Of a stretch of 64,000 nucleotides of DNA, positions 19,971-29,222 are shown piece by piece. Location of the stretch: contig CAZFTR010000002.1 in the NCBI GenBank assembly GCA_964522405.1, positions 72,032 to 136,031 of the forward strand. The letters are read 5' to 3'. The notes under the pieces were generated by a model. The model had not been told where the DNA came from. It searched no databases and worked only from the letters and a program-made list of their open reading frames with translations. Position numbers and translations under genes: made by a program. Position 1 is the first letter of the stretch; each line of letters opens with the position of its first letter. The stretch is from an uncultured Gammaproteobacteria bacterium. GTDB lineage: Bacteria > Patescibacteriota > Patescibacteriia > Magasanikbacterales > UBA922.

Positions 19971-20210
19971 GGGGCCGCGGGGGACGACTCCATCTCAAAT
20001 GCAACTCGTGTGCTGCTCCCGTCCCCACAAGAGAGGCACAGGTTTACTCGACACCGCAAAGCCGAGGAATTACATAGAGAGGAGTCGTCCCCAAAGGATC
20101 TGGAGGGTGGCCGTCTAAGCCTGGTTATCAAGCAGACTCAGGAAAGCAGAGGAGAGTGTTGTCGGAGAGACATCGCCACCCTTGAGAATCCTTAGCGCGT
20201 ACAGAGCATA
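19971..20210. ncRNA. GC-rich structured element made of two stem-closed units; candidate ncRNA of unknown family
   Basis: About 60% GC in a 33% GC context. GGGGGACGACTCC at 19979-19991 pairs with GGAGTCGTCCCC at 20081-20092, and GGAGGGTGGC at 20102-20111 pairs with GCCACCCTT at 20175-20183. There is no SD-led ORF. Confidence 0.35.
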
Positions 20211-20324
20211 TCATGTTTATTAGATTTTGTCTAGTCCTGCATAATTTTTTCAGTCAGATTTTTTGATTATTGAGCATGTATCCTCTTTATGCTACAATTT
20301 ATCTATATTCTTATTATTTGATTT

Positions 20325-21359
20325 ATGAGCTCAATAAACAGTTTTTTTGATCATGCAGTCAGTAAATCTGCTTCTGATTTGCATTTGGTTGGTGGGGAAA
20401 AGCCGATGATACGCATACACGGGGTATTGCAAGAAATATCAGATGAAGTGCTTCCTGTAGAGGTGCTGGAAAAGGAAATTTTTGCGCTTTTATCAGAAGA
20501 GCAGCAAGGTAAGTTCAAAAAGGAATTAGAACTTGATTTTGGATATGAATTAAATTCCAATCGTTTTCGTATAAATCTACACAGGCAAGAAGGTAAAATT
20601 GGTTTATCAGCACGTCTTATACCTACACAAATACCAACTCCAGAGCAATTGAACTTAGAAGAGAGTATTTCTGGATTTAGTGGTCTTATGGATGGTTTGG
20701 TTTTGGTAGTGGGGCCTACAGGTCATGGAAAATCAACAACCATTGCCAGTGTCATAGAGGAAATAAATAAAACTAGAAAAACTCATATTGTTACCATAGA
20801 GGATCCCATAGAGTTTCATTTTGAAGATAAAAAAAGCCTTATAGAACAAAGAGAAGTTGGGACAGATACTAATTCATTTGCTTCAGCCCTTAAACATGTT
20901 TTGCGCCAAGATCCTAATGTTATTTTGGTGGGAGAAATGCGAGATCCGGAAACTATAGCTACAGTGCTTACTGCAGCAGAGACCGGACATCTGGTTTTTT
21001 CTACACTTCATACCAGTACAGCGGCAGAAGCAGTTGAGAGAATTGTTGATGTTTTTGAGGGTTCAAAGCAAAAACAAGTACTTATTCAGCTCAGTGCTGT
21101 ACTCCGAGGAGTGGTTGCGCAGCAATTGGTACCCACAGTTGATGGTAAGCAGGTGATAGCAAGAGAAATACTAGTTAATACACCGGCGGTTGCCAACTTA
21201 ATTCGAGCCAATAATATTTCTCAGATTTATAGTATGATTCAGACTGGCACAAAAGAAGGTATGATAACTATGGAGAATTCAATTAAAAAATTATTAAAAA
21301 AGGGGATTATAGATCGGCAGACAGCAGAACGAAGAATAATTAGACATAAAAAAGTTTAA
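20325..21359 (+). CDS. pilT: type IV pilus retraction ATPase PilT
   Basis: Walker A GPTGHGKSTT, a T2SSE-family core and the roughly 344 aa size typical of PilT. A TGnTACAAT extended -10 element lies at about 20289-20297. Confidence 0.85.
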   Translation: MSSINSFFDHAVSKSASDLHLVGGEKPMIRIHGVLQEISDEVLPVEVLEKEIFALLSEEQQGKFKKELELDFGYELNSNRFRINLHRQEGKIGLSARLIPTQIPTPEQLNLEESISGFSGLMDGLVLVVGPTGHGKSTTIASVIEEINKTRKTHIVTIEDPIEFHFEDKKSLIEQREVGTDTNSFASALKHVLRQDPNVILVGEMRDPETIATVLTAAETGHLVFSTLHTSTAAEAVERIVDVFEGSKQKQVLIQLSAVLRGVVAQQLVPTVDGKQVIAREILVNTPAVANLIRANNISQIYSMIQTGTKEGMITMENSIKKLLKKGIIDRQTAERRIIRHKKV

Positions 21360-21367
21360 TCAACAAA

Positions 21368-23149
21368 ATGAAATATCGTCGCAATAGATCAAAAAATCTA
21401 TCCAAATTTGAGATGGAAGAAATTGATCCTAGACTACGTGCCACTTCAATTATAATTATTATTGGCGCGTTTTTAATCATAGCCAGACTCTTTGTTCTTA
21501 TGGTTCTTCAGCATGGTTTTTATACTGCTTTGGCTCAGGGATCACACACCATGTATTCAAAATTATTTCCAGAAAGAGGAAATATATATGTGCAGGATTC
21601 ACGCACAGGAGATCAATTTCCAGTGGCTATTAACAAGGATATGTTTTTGATGTATGCCGATACTAGAGAGATTGATTCAGATGATCAGGCAGATAAGATT
21701 GCCACTGAACTTGGTCAAGTATTAGAGTATGATGATCAGCAAAAATTAGCATTGTATTTGCAATTAAACAAAAGAGATGATCCTTATGAGCCTTTGCTTG
21801 ATAATATGGAAGAGGATACTGTGGATATTATAAAAGCTTTGGATTTGGATGGTATTTTATTTACTAGAAATCAAGATCGATTTTATCCAGAATCAAATCT
21901 GGCATCTCATGTAATAGGTTTTTTAGGAAAAAATCAAGAGGGAGATAATGTTGGACGCTATGGAATTGAGGGTTATTGGGATGGTAAAATATCTGGACAG
22001 GGAGGATTTTTAGAGGGAGCCAGAAGTGCTAGGGGTAGATGGATACCTCTAGCTGGCAGGCTTTTTAAGCCGGCAGAAGATGGTGTGGATGTAAAATTAA
22101 CTATAGAGAGAACTGTGCAATTCAAATCATGCCAGATATTGCGTCAGGCTATGGAAGAATACGCTGCCACAAGCGCTTCTCTTTTGATTATCAATCCAAA
22201 AAATGGGGCAATTTTAGCGCTTTGTTCATTGCCGGACTTTGACTTGAACAATTATGGAGAAGTTGAAGATTCATATATTTACAATAATTCAGCAATTTTT
22301 ACGCCTTATGAGCCTGGTTCAATTTTTAAACCAATTGCTGCCGCAGCAGCGCTAAACGAAGAAGCAATAACACCACAAACTTCTTTTTATGACACAGGTT
22401 CGCGAACAGATATTTGTGATACGCCAATCAGAAATGCCAGCCAAAAAGTTTACAAAGATACAGACATGATTGGAGTAATGGAAAACTCTATAAATACAGG
22501 AATGGTTTACGTGGTAGAGGAATTAGGAAAAAATCTTTTTAGAGATTATGTTGAAAATTTTGGATTTGGGACTAAAACCGGAATTGAATTGGATACTGAA
22601 GTTTCAGGAACAATTGACTCATTGTTTATTAACAAAAAAGATCGATTGGATTGCTATACTGCCACAGCTTCATTTGGACAGGGAATTACAGTTACTCCAT
22701 TACAAATGGCAGTAGCATATTCAGCAATTGCTAATGGAGGAAAATTGGTTAAACCTTATATAGTTGAAGAACTTCGCTTTCCAAACAAGCAAGTAGAAAA
22801 AACCAGACCAAAAGAAGTTAGGCAGGTTATTACCAAGAGAGCAGCTTCACTTTTATCAGGTATGTTAGTCAAGGTTGTAGATTCAGGGCATGCCGGTAGT
22901 GCAGGTGTAGAAGGTTTTTATGTTGCCGGAAAAACCGGAACAGCTCAGATCTCAGGTCGAGGAGGGTATACAGAAGATACTAATCATTCATTTGTTGGTT
23001 TTGCTCCGGTTGATGATCCAAAATTTGTAGCCATAGTTAAATTTGAAAAACCTGAGAGAAAGTTTTCAGCAAGTACTGCAGCGCCAACTTTTGGAAAAAT
23101 TGCTAAATTTATACTAGATTATTACCAAGTAGCTCCGGGAAGAGATTGA
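21368..23149 (+). CDS. penicillin-binding protein 2 / peptidoglycan D,D-transpeptidase
   Basis: N-terminal TM anchor and a transpeptidase domain with SIFK (SxxK), SIN (SxN) and KTGT motifs. Confidence 0.8.
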   Translation: MKYRRNRSKNLSKFEMEEIDPRLRATSIIIIIGAFLIIARLFVLMVLQHGFYTALAQGSHTMYSKLFPERGNIYVQDSRTGDQFPVAINKDMFLMYADTREIDSDDQADKIATELGQVLEYDDQQKLALYLQLNKRDDPYEPLLDNMEEDTVDIIKALDLDGILFTRNQDRFYPESNLASHVIGFLGKNQEGDNVGRYGIEGYWDGKISGQGGFLEGARSARGRWIPLAGRLFKPAEDGVDVKLTIERTVQFKSCQILRQAMEEYAATSASLLIINPKNGAILALCSLPDFDLNNYGEVEDSYIYNNSAIFTPYEPGSIFKPIAAAAALNEEAITPQTSFYDTGSRTDICDTPIRNASQKVYKDTDMIGVMENSINTGMVYVVEELGKNLFRDYVENFGFGTKTGIELDTEVSGTIDSLFINKKDRLDCYTATASFGQGITVTPLQMAVAYSAIANGGKLVKPYIVEELRFPNKQVEKTRPKEVRQVITKRAASLLSGMLVKVVDSGHAGSAGVEGFYVAGKTGTAQISGRGGYTEDTNHSFVGFAPVDDPKFVAIVKFEKPERKFSASTAAPTFGKIAKFILDYYQVAPGRD

Positions 23150-23202
23150 GTTTACTATTGACTGAGAGCTTAAATTGCTGTATACTCTTGAAACTAGTAC
23201 AC

Positions 23203-23274
23203 GCCGCCATCGTCTAGTGGTTAGGACGCCGGGTTCTCATCCCGGTAACCGGGGTTCGATTCCCCGTGGCGGTA
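23203..23274 (+). tRNA. tRNA-Glu (anticodon CUC)
   Basis: Cloverleaf read by eye. Acceptor GCCGCCA pairs with TGGCGGT, D arm is TCGTCTAGTGGTTAGGAC, the anticodon loop TTCTCAT gives CTC, and the T-loop is GGTTCGATTCC. CCA is not encoded. Confidence 0.8.
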
Positions 23275-23282
23275 CAAATGAA

Positions 23283-23356
23283 GTCAGGGTAGCTCAGCTG
23301 GTTAGAGCGTCGGATTCATAACCCGGAGGTCGGGAGTTCAAGTCTCCCCCCTGACA
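23283..23356 (+). tRNA. tRNA with CAU anticodon (Met elongator or Ile2/lysidine type)
   Basis: Acceptor GTCAGGG pairs with CCCTGAC, D arm AGCTCAGCTGGTTAGAGC, anticodon loop TTCATAA, T-loop GAGTTCAAGTCTC. A hairpin-plus-T terminator follows at 23362-23393. Confidence 0.8.
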
Positions 23357-23361
23357 CAATG

Positions 23362-23393
23362 ACAAAAGAAAAGCCATTTGGCTTTTCTTTTGT
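23362..23393 (+). terminator. intrinsic terminator after the tRNA pair
   Basis: aaagaaaagcc-attt-ggcttttcttt perfect hairpin followed by T-run. Confidence 0.7.
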
Positions 23394-23466
23394 TTGACAC
23401 TATATAATTACTTTGTTAAGTTAAATTTAGGTATAAATCCCAGTCTATGGGAAAGGGGACAGCGTA

Positions 23467-24171
23467 GTGAAGACGCTTTGCAGCGTTTTTTTGCTTGCTG
23501 CTCTTTTGGTGGCTCTTGCTTGTCACTGGCTGATCGGGGTTCTAACCCCCGAGAAGCCCAGTGAGTCAATTCAGGAGGTCTTTTCAGGACTTGTTCAGCT
23601 CGATGAACAGGAACGAGAAGAGATCCTTTGGGTTGAGAGTGAGCCTGAAGAAGGGCGCCGGCAGATCAAGCCTGCCCTAACCATCCTGCTTTCAAGATCA
23701 GACGTGCAAATGTACGTTGATCAGGAAATTGACGAGTACCAACTCGTCTCTCGAGGTACTCTGTCTGTCACGGTGCGAAATATCACTGTGGCACTGCGCA
23801 ATTCTTGGGCTGTGTTTGACACCCGGGTTTTGGTGCAATTCAATGGCAAAATGTACACTAGCAGAATAGTTTTGAGGTTGGCTGAAATCAACTACGAACG
23901 GGAAAGCCGAGCAATCTATGTGGGCAAGTTCAAGATCGATCATATCAAGACACCGGCAGCGCCTTACTTCGTTGCCGAACTTCTGAGATGGCCGCTCAGT
24001 GAACTGATCACCTGGACTATCTCGAATCGTCCACTCCACTACCTGACTGAAGATGACTTGTCTGACTTGCCGGTCAAAGGTGTTTGGCCTTCGGCGATTT
24101 GGTTGGAAGATGACAAGGTAGTCGTCGGTTTGGGTGTTGCAGACGACGTCGTGAGCTCAGGCTCTCCGTAA
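23467..24171 (+). CDS. GC-rich hypothetical secreted/membrane-anchored protein (no recognisable family)
   Basis: GTG start preceded by an AAAGGGGA Shine-Dalgarno sequence, N-terminal hydrophobic helix, and about 52% GC against the roughly 33% backbone. A bidirectional terminator follows. Confidence 0.5.
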   Translation: MKTLCSVFLLAALLVALACHWLIGVLTPEKPSESIQEVFSGLVQLDEQEREEILWVESEPEEGRRQIKPALTILLSRSDVQMYVDQEIDEYQLVSRGTLSVTVRNITVALRNSWAVFDTRVLVQFNGKMYTSRIVLRLAEINYERESRAIYVGKFKIDHIKTPAAPYFVAELLRWPLSELITWTISNRPLHYLTEDDLSDLPVKGVWPSAIWLEDDKVVVGLGVADDVVSSGSP

Positions 24172-24218
24172 CCGTCGCAGTCTTGGAGGAACAGTGACGG
24201 TCATGCATCAATAAAACT

Positions 24219-24246
24219 CAGCCCCTTATAAGGGGCTGAGTTAATT
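24219..24246. terminator. bidirectional intrinsic terminator
   Basis: ctcagcccc-ttataa-ggggctgag perfect hairpin between the convergent 23467 and hup genes. Confidence 0.7.
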
Positions 24247-24262
24247 TATATTTAGTTTATCA

Positions 24263-24637
24263 TTAAAATTGAGAAGTTGTTTCTTCCTCTTCAGAATCAT
24301 CTGCAGGCGGGGGAGTTGGAGTAGGTACAGCTGCTGGAGTTGGCTTTGCACCTTTCAGTGCATCTTTTAATCCTTTTCCTGCTTTGAACTTTGGAACAGT
24401 TACAGGCGGGATTTGAATTTTTTCTGTGGGATTTTGTGGATTAACTCCTACACGTCCTGCTCTGGTTTTGGCACTAAAAGCTCCAAAACCGGCAATGTTT
24501 ACACTTCCATCAGCTTGAAGTGTGGTTGTAACTATCTCTACAAATGCCTCAATCATTGATTCTGCTTCTTTTTTTGAGACTCCTGCTTTGTCTGCTATTG
24601 CTTGACTCAATGCTGCTTTGTTCATAATATACCTCAT
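24263..24637 (-). CDS. hup: HU family DNA-binding protein with Lys/Pro/Ala-rich C-terminal tail
   Basis: MNKAALSQAIADKAGVSKKEAE...GFGAFS...RVGVNPQNPTE HU core. GGAGG sits 5 nt upstream of the ATG at 24637. Confidence 0.85.
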   Translation of the reverse strand: MRYIMNKAALSQAIADKAGVSKKEAESMIEAFVEIVTTTLQADGSVNIAGFGAFSAKTRAGRVGVNPQNPTEKIQIPPVTVPKFKAGKGLKDALKGAKPTPAAVPTPTPPPADDSEEEETTSQF

Positions 24638-24798
24638 TAGTTCCTCCAGGCGCTTGACCCTTTGGAAGTTAGATTACTAATTACAAGTATTGTATCTTAT
24701 GTTAATATTTGCGTCAATAGAGCAAAAAAAACCTTTGTGGAAAATTAGCAAAATACTCTCTAGGTTTAATTAATAAAAAATGGCCAGAAGGCCATTTT

Positions 24799-26331
24799 TT
24801 ATTTTGCGTATTCTATAGCTCGATTTTCTCTAATTACGTTAACCCTGATTTCCCCGGGATAGGTCAGCTCATTTTCGATTTTTCGGGCAATATCTTTTGC
24901 CAAATTGTAAGCATCATAATCATCAATATCATTTGGATTAACAAATACTCTAACTTCGCGTCCAGCTTGGATAGCATAAACTTTGTCAATTCCAGGAAAA
25001 TCACTGGCTGTTTTCTCAAGCTCTTCAAGTCGCATCACATACTGTTCGTATGTATCACGTCTTGCACCGGTTCTTGAGGCTGAAATTGCGTCAGCAGCCA
25101 TAACCAGCTTTGTCAGAAGAAGTGGTGGATTGGTCTCATGATGAGTTAGGGCTACTTCTGCAATATCCTCAGAAAGTCCAAATTTATTTAGAATTTTATG
25201 ACCCACTTCAGGATGTCCACCTTGAGTTTCATGATCAATAGATTTACCAATATCATGGAAAAATCCAGCTTTTTTGGCAAGAGCCGGATCAACTCCAAGT
25301 TCTTGAGCCATAAGAGCAGAAAGATGTCCAACCTCTATGCTGTGGTTCAAAACATTTTGTCCATAACTGGTTCTGTACTTAAGTCGACCAACAATTGAAA
25401 CTAATTTTGGATCAATTCCTGTTATACCCATCTCATAAAGAGCTTCTTCTCCAGCTTTTCTAAGATCTAGTGCTAGTTCTCTTTTTGCTTCTTCAATAAA
25501 TTCTTCGATTTTTGCCGGTTGAATTCTGCCATCTTTTATAAGTTTTTCTAGGGCAAGCTGACAAACACGTCGTCTAATTGGAGAGAATCCTGAGATGATA
25601 AGCATGCCAGGAGAATCATCAATTATTAATTCACAGCCGGTTAATTTCTCAATAGTCTTAATATTTCTTCCATCTTTTCCAATTATACGACCTTTCATTT
25701 CATCACTTGGTAGATTTACTACAGTTCCAGTGTTTTCGTTAGCATGGTTTGCTGCACATCTTTGCATGCTATCAATAATTATTCGTCTGCCTTTTTCTTC
25801 ATAAAACTCAGTATTTTCTTTTTCAATTTTCATCAATCTTGATTGAAGAGCATTTTTACTGTCATCTTCAACTCGATCAATTAGAATTTCCAATGCCTGT
25901 TCTTTGTCATATCCTGAAATTTTTTGAAGTTTATCTTTTGCTTCTTCGTGCATTTCATCTACTCTTCCTTTAATTTTTCTTACTTCGTCTGCTTTTTTCT
26001 CTAGTTTTGTTCTGGTTTCTTCTACTTCTGTAATTTTTTTATCAAACATTTCTTCGCGTTTTTCAAGTCTGGCTTGAGAATTTTTGATTTCCTGTCTTCT
26101 TTGACTTTCTTCTTTTTTTGCATCATCAATAAGTTTGATAGCTTTTTCTTTTGCCTTTAAAAGAAGTTCCTTTTCTTGGTTTTTGGCTTCCATTATTTTT
26201 TTCTCTGCCAAAGCTTCAGCAGAATTTGCTTTTGCTTGTGCAAGTTGTTTGCGTACTGCATATCCAATGGCAATACCAAGAATTCCACCAAGAAGGGCAG
26301 CAAGTACAGCATAAATTAGTGTTAATTGCAT
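24799..26331 (-). CDS. rny: ribonuclease Y
   Basis: N-terminal TM helix, long coiled-coil, KH domain (GRIIGKDGRNIK) and HD domain (HHETNPP / HDIGK). Confidence 0.9.
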   Translation of the reverse strand: MQLTLIYAVLAALLGGILGIAIGYAVRKQLAQAKANSAEALAEKKIMEAKNQEKELLLKAKEKAIKLIDDAKKEESQRRQEIKNSQARLEKREEMFDKKITEVEETRTKLEKKADEVRKIKGRVDEMHEEAKDKLQKISGYDKEQALEILIDRVEDDSKNALQSRLMKIEKENTEFYEEKGRRIIIDSMQRCAANHANENTGTVVNLPSDEMKGRIIGKDGRNIKTIEKLTGCELIIDDSPGMLIISGFSPIRRRVCQLALEKLIKDGRIQPAKIEEFIEEAKRELALDLRKAGEEALYEMGITGIDPKLVSIVGRLKYRTSYGQNVLNHSIEVGHLSALMAQELGVDPALAKKAGFFHDIGKSIDHETQGGHPEVGHKILNKFGLSEDIAEVALTHHETNPPLLLTKLVMAADAISASRTGARRDTYEQYVMRLEELEKTASDFPGIDKVYAIQAGREVRVFVNPNDIDDYDAYNLAKDIARKIENELTYPGEIRVNVIRENRAIEYAK

Positions 26332-26758
26332 ATAAAAAATTTCTCAGTAACGTGAGATTTTCAAAATCTTTTTGTACGAAGAGAAAACCCAAAAAAGGGC
26401 TTATTAAGCGTCTTGTCTAATGCTAGACAAAGAGATAGAAGTTCCTAAGTCTGAAATTTGACTTATTTTTAACATATCTATAGTAATATTTACGATTGTC
26501 TTTCTGGTCTAATACGCTAGATTCGCATTCAAAGATTCTTTTCTTCACGTTAAGTTTAATTAAATCGTGAGTTTATACTATCAGAAAAGAGGTCTTTTGT
26601 CAATCATGCCAGATATTTGCTAAAATTAGCTATTTTGAGATAGTTTTAATATAGAAAAGAGCTGTGGATAATTAAAAAGACCGCTTTTAGGGGTCTGGAT
26701 ATTTTGGTTTTCGGAGCCACTGCGCACGCCGGGTAGGCGAACGCAGCAGTACCATGGA

Positions 26759-26983
26759 TCAGATCTCGATCTCCGGAATCGCCCTGTTGTGGCGGTCCGG
26801 CGGGTCGAAGGGCTCGTAGGCCGGCAGCTGGGTCGGCCTCAGCGAGGTCTGTCCTTCTTCTCCCTCGTCGTCCTCCTCTTCGTCAGTGTAGTGGCGCACC
26901 GGCTCTTCCGCAGGACGGTCAAGCCGACGAGTGTCATCACATGGGCCCGGTTCTGGTGGGCTCGGGTGATCCTCTTTGGGCAT
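26759..26983 (-). CDS. GC-rich small acidic Pro-rich protein (74 aa), unknown function
   Basis: About 62% GC. AGAGGAG Shine-Dalgarno sequence 7 nt upstream, TTGACA-17-TATCTT promoter at 27015-27043 (minus strand), and a terminator hairpin at 26673-26696. Confidence 0.4.
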   Translation of the reverse strand: MPKEDHPSPPEPGPCDDTRRLDRPAEEPVRHYTDEEEDDEGEEGQTSLRPTQLPAYEPFDPPDRHNRAIPEIEI

Positions 26984-27089
26984 ATCTGAACTCCTCTAGA
27001 CAATTCTATTATTGAAGATAGTATTTTTTATAGGTTTTGTCAATAAAAAAGAGCTGATTAAAGCTCTTTTGATAAGTTTTCCAAGAAAA

Positions 27090-27791
27090 TTATTTTATTA
27101 AAAAAGAAAAATCTTGATAATTATTTGAAGTTATTTTTTTGGGAGGTTGTGCATCTTCAACTTGGTATTTACCAATCTCAGTTCTTCTCAGTTCTTTGCA
27201 ATAGGCTCCGGTTTTAAGTTTTTGCCCAATGTCATGCGCAAGAGTTCTTATATATGTGCCTGTGCCACATTTTACTTCCAGTTTTAGATTGGGATAATTA
27301 TATTCAAGTAATTTAATATCATGAATTGTAATTTCAGATGGTTTACGTTCAACCTCTATTCCTTTTCTGGCAAGTTCATAAAGTTTTTTACCTTTTATTT
27401 TCTTGGCTGAAAACATCGGTGGTATTTGTTCTTGTGCTCCGATAAAATCCTCTAGAATTTCAAGTATCCTTTCTCGCGTTGGTTCAATTATTTCACCTGC
27501 TGTTTTTTTGATATTTCCAGTTAGATCATAGGTTTCAGTTGTTGCTCCAAGTTCAATTTCTACTGTATAGGTTTTATCTTGATTTTTAAATTGATCAATT
27601 CGTTTTGTAGCTTGTCTTCCAACCGCAACTATAAGAAGCCCGGTGGCAAAGGGGTCTAGAGTCCCGGCATGACCTATTTTTTTGATTTTTAGGACACTAC
27701 GAAGATAAGCCACAATATCATGACTGGTCCAGTCAACTGGTTTATCAATTAGCAGAAAAAATGACTCAATTGTTTTTATTTCTTGTTCCAT
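27090..27791 (-). CDS. truB: tRNA pseudouridine(55) synthase TruB
   Basis: DKPVDWTSHDIV and GHAGTLDPFATGLL catalytic-Asp motif. The start is chosen at the internal Met (MEQEIK) instead of the hydrophobic 27827 extension, and that choice is uncertain. Confidence 0.8.
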   Translation of the reverse strand: MEQEIKTIESFFLLIDKPVDWTSHDIVAYLRSVLKIKKIGHAGTLDPFATGLLIVAVGRQATKRIDQFKNQDKTYTVEIELGATTETYDLTGNIKKTAGEIIEPTRERILEILEDFIGAQEQIPPMFSAKKIKGKKLYELARKGIEVERKPSEITIHDIKLLEYNYPNLKLEVKCGTGTYIRTLAHDIGQKLKTGAYCKELRRTEIGKYQVEDAQPPKKITSNNYQDFSFLIK

Positions 27792-27816
27792 TCTAATATG
27801 ATACAATAATACCAGT

Positions 27817-28481
27817 ATGAATAGCAAAAAACAGATAAAAAATCAAGCCTGGGGGTTTGTAGATTCAAAAGGAATAGAAGTTCCCAATACTAAGCCAATT
27901 TTTGAAGATAGTAAAAAAAATCAACTAAGATTATTTTTCCATCCCGGAAAATTTTTTTATATAATTACATTAAAAAAAATAAAAAAAACCAAAAGAAGGA
28001 TAGAAATTTTTATTCAGAGCCATTTCGTATTTTGGATTTTGGCTGCGGTTCAGGATCAGTCATTGTTGATTTCAAAAAAATGTTTGGCTCTGAATCAGAA
28101 ATTATTGGAATAGATACTTCTCAGTTGCAAATAGATATTTCCAAAAAGAAAATTAAAGAATATGGAGTAAATGCAGAATTAATTTCATATGATGGAAAAC
28201 AACTTCCTTTTAGTGATAATTCTTTTGATATTGTTCACGCTAATCAAGCCTTCAAGGAAGTTGACAATATTCCATATTGTCTTGATGAATTTTATCGAGT
28301 TTTGCGAGCAGGTGGGGCAGTGACAATTTATACTGATTCCAACAAGCACATTGATAAATTATTAAAGGATTCAGGTTTTAAGATTGAAAAGAAGTATTGT
28401 ATTCCACAAAAATTGGCCTGGCTATTTGGTAGAAGTTGTGTTATATTGGCAAAATCAAAAAAAGTACTCATAGAATGTTGA
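27817..28481 (+). pseudogene. class I SAM-dependent methyltransferase (type 11) split by an apparent frameshift in a poly-A tract
   Basis: The N-terminal reading frame (27817..about 27980) and the frame holding motif I (ILDFGCGSG, from about 27915 to 28481) overlap across the runs aaaaaaaataaaaaaaacc at 27973-27990. Together they give a normal 221 aa methyltransferase. Confidence 0.5.
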
Positions 28482-28511
28482 TTTTTAGGATAGAAAATTA
28501 GTATTTAAAAT

Positions 28512-29033
28512 ATGCATATTCCGTCATTAGAAGAATTAGACAATATCAGAAAAAGCGGTTTTAGGCCACAGGTTGTTGGTTGTTTTTTGAATGAAAAAAA
28601 TATTTTATTTGTTTTTAAAAAAGATTATGATCTTTGGCAGTTGCCGCAGGGTGGGATAGATAATCAAGAAATATTAGAGCGAGCAGTTGTTCGAGAAATG
28701 ACAGAAGAATTAGGAGATAATTTTGTGGAAGCTTCAAGTAAGCAAATAGAAATTATTGGAGAAAACAAAGTTGAGTTTCCTTCGAGTACTCAAAATAAGA
28801 GGGACTTAAAGACAGATGATGGTGAAGATGTATTTATGAAAGGAAAAAAATATTTTTTTACCGCTGTAAATACAGAAAATACAGAATTAGATATTTCTGA
28901 AACAGAGTTTGATGATTATAAGTGGGTTAGCTATGAACAGGCAATTAAATTGTCTGATAAAATTTATCAAAAAGGTAAAAAGAGAATTACTTTGGATACC
29001 TTGGAGAAATTGAAGAAAAGAAAATTATTATAG
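28512..29033 (+). CDS. NUDIX hydrolase
   Basis: Nudix box GGIDNQEILERAVVREMTEELGD. Confidence 0.8.
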   Translation: MHIPSLEELDNIRKSGFRPQVVGCFLNEKNILFVFKKDYDLWQLPQGGIDNQEILERAVVREMTEELGDNFVEASSKQIEIIGENKVEFPSSTQNKRDLKTDDGEDVFMKGKKYFFTAVNTENTELDISETEFDDYKWVSYEQAIKLSDKIYQKGKKRITLDTLEKLKKRKLL

Positions 29034-29067
29034 GTTTTGTATAGTTTAGATTTTTTTAATGAAAATG

Positions 29068-29096
29068 TTGACACTAACGTACTAAATTGGTATATT
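29068..29096 (+). promoter_or_regulatory. consensus sigma-70-like promoter for a short transcript
   Basis: TTGACA at 29068-73, a 17 nt spacer, then TATATT at 29091-96. Confidence 0.5.
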
Positions 29097-29102
29097 TAGG
29101 TC

Positions 29103-29173
29103 AAAGGATGGATTGGTTGAATAATCGGCCAAATACAGCTTGCTACAAAAAATCCAGATTTCTGGGTTTTTTT
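29103..29173 (+). ncRNA. candidate small RNA of about 70 nt, unknown family
   Basis: The transcript would be bounded by the consensus promoter above and a CCAGA-tt-TCTGG hairpin plus T9 terminator at 29153-29173. No ORF is present. Confidence 0.35.
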
Positions 29174-29222
29174 GTTTAGCGTTTAAGATAAATTTAATAC
29201 TATTTTTGATAAAGTTATTAAT

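Noticed and set aside
19965-20195. 76-aa ORF (MFGAAGDDSISNATRVLLPSPQERHRF...) covering the GC-rich element
   Set aside because: There is no SD or start context. It spans two stem-closed RNA-like units, and GC-rich DNA in an AT-rich genome readily yields open frames. It is treated as non-coding.
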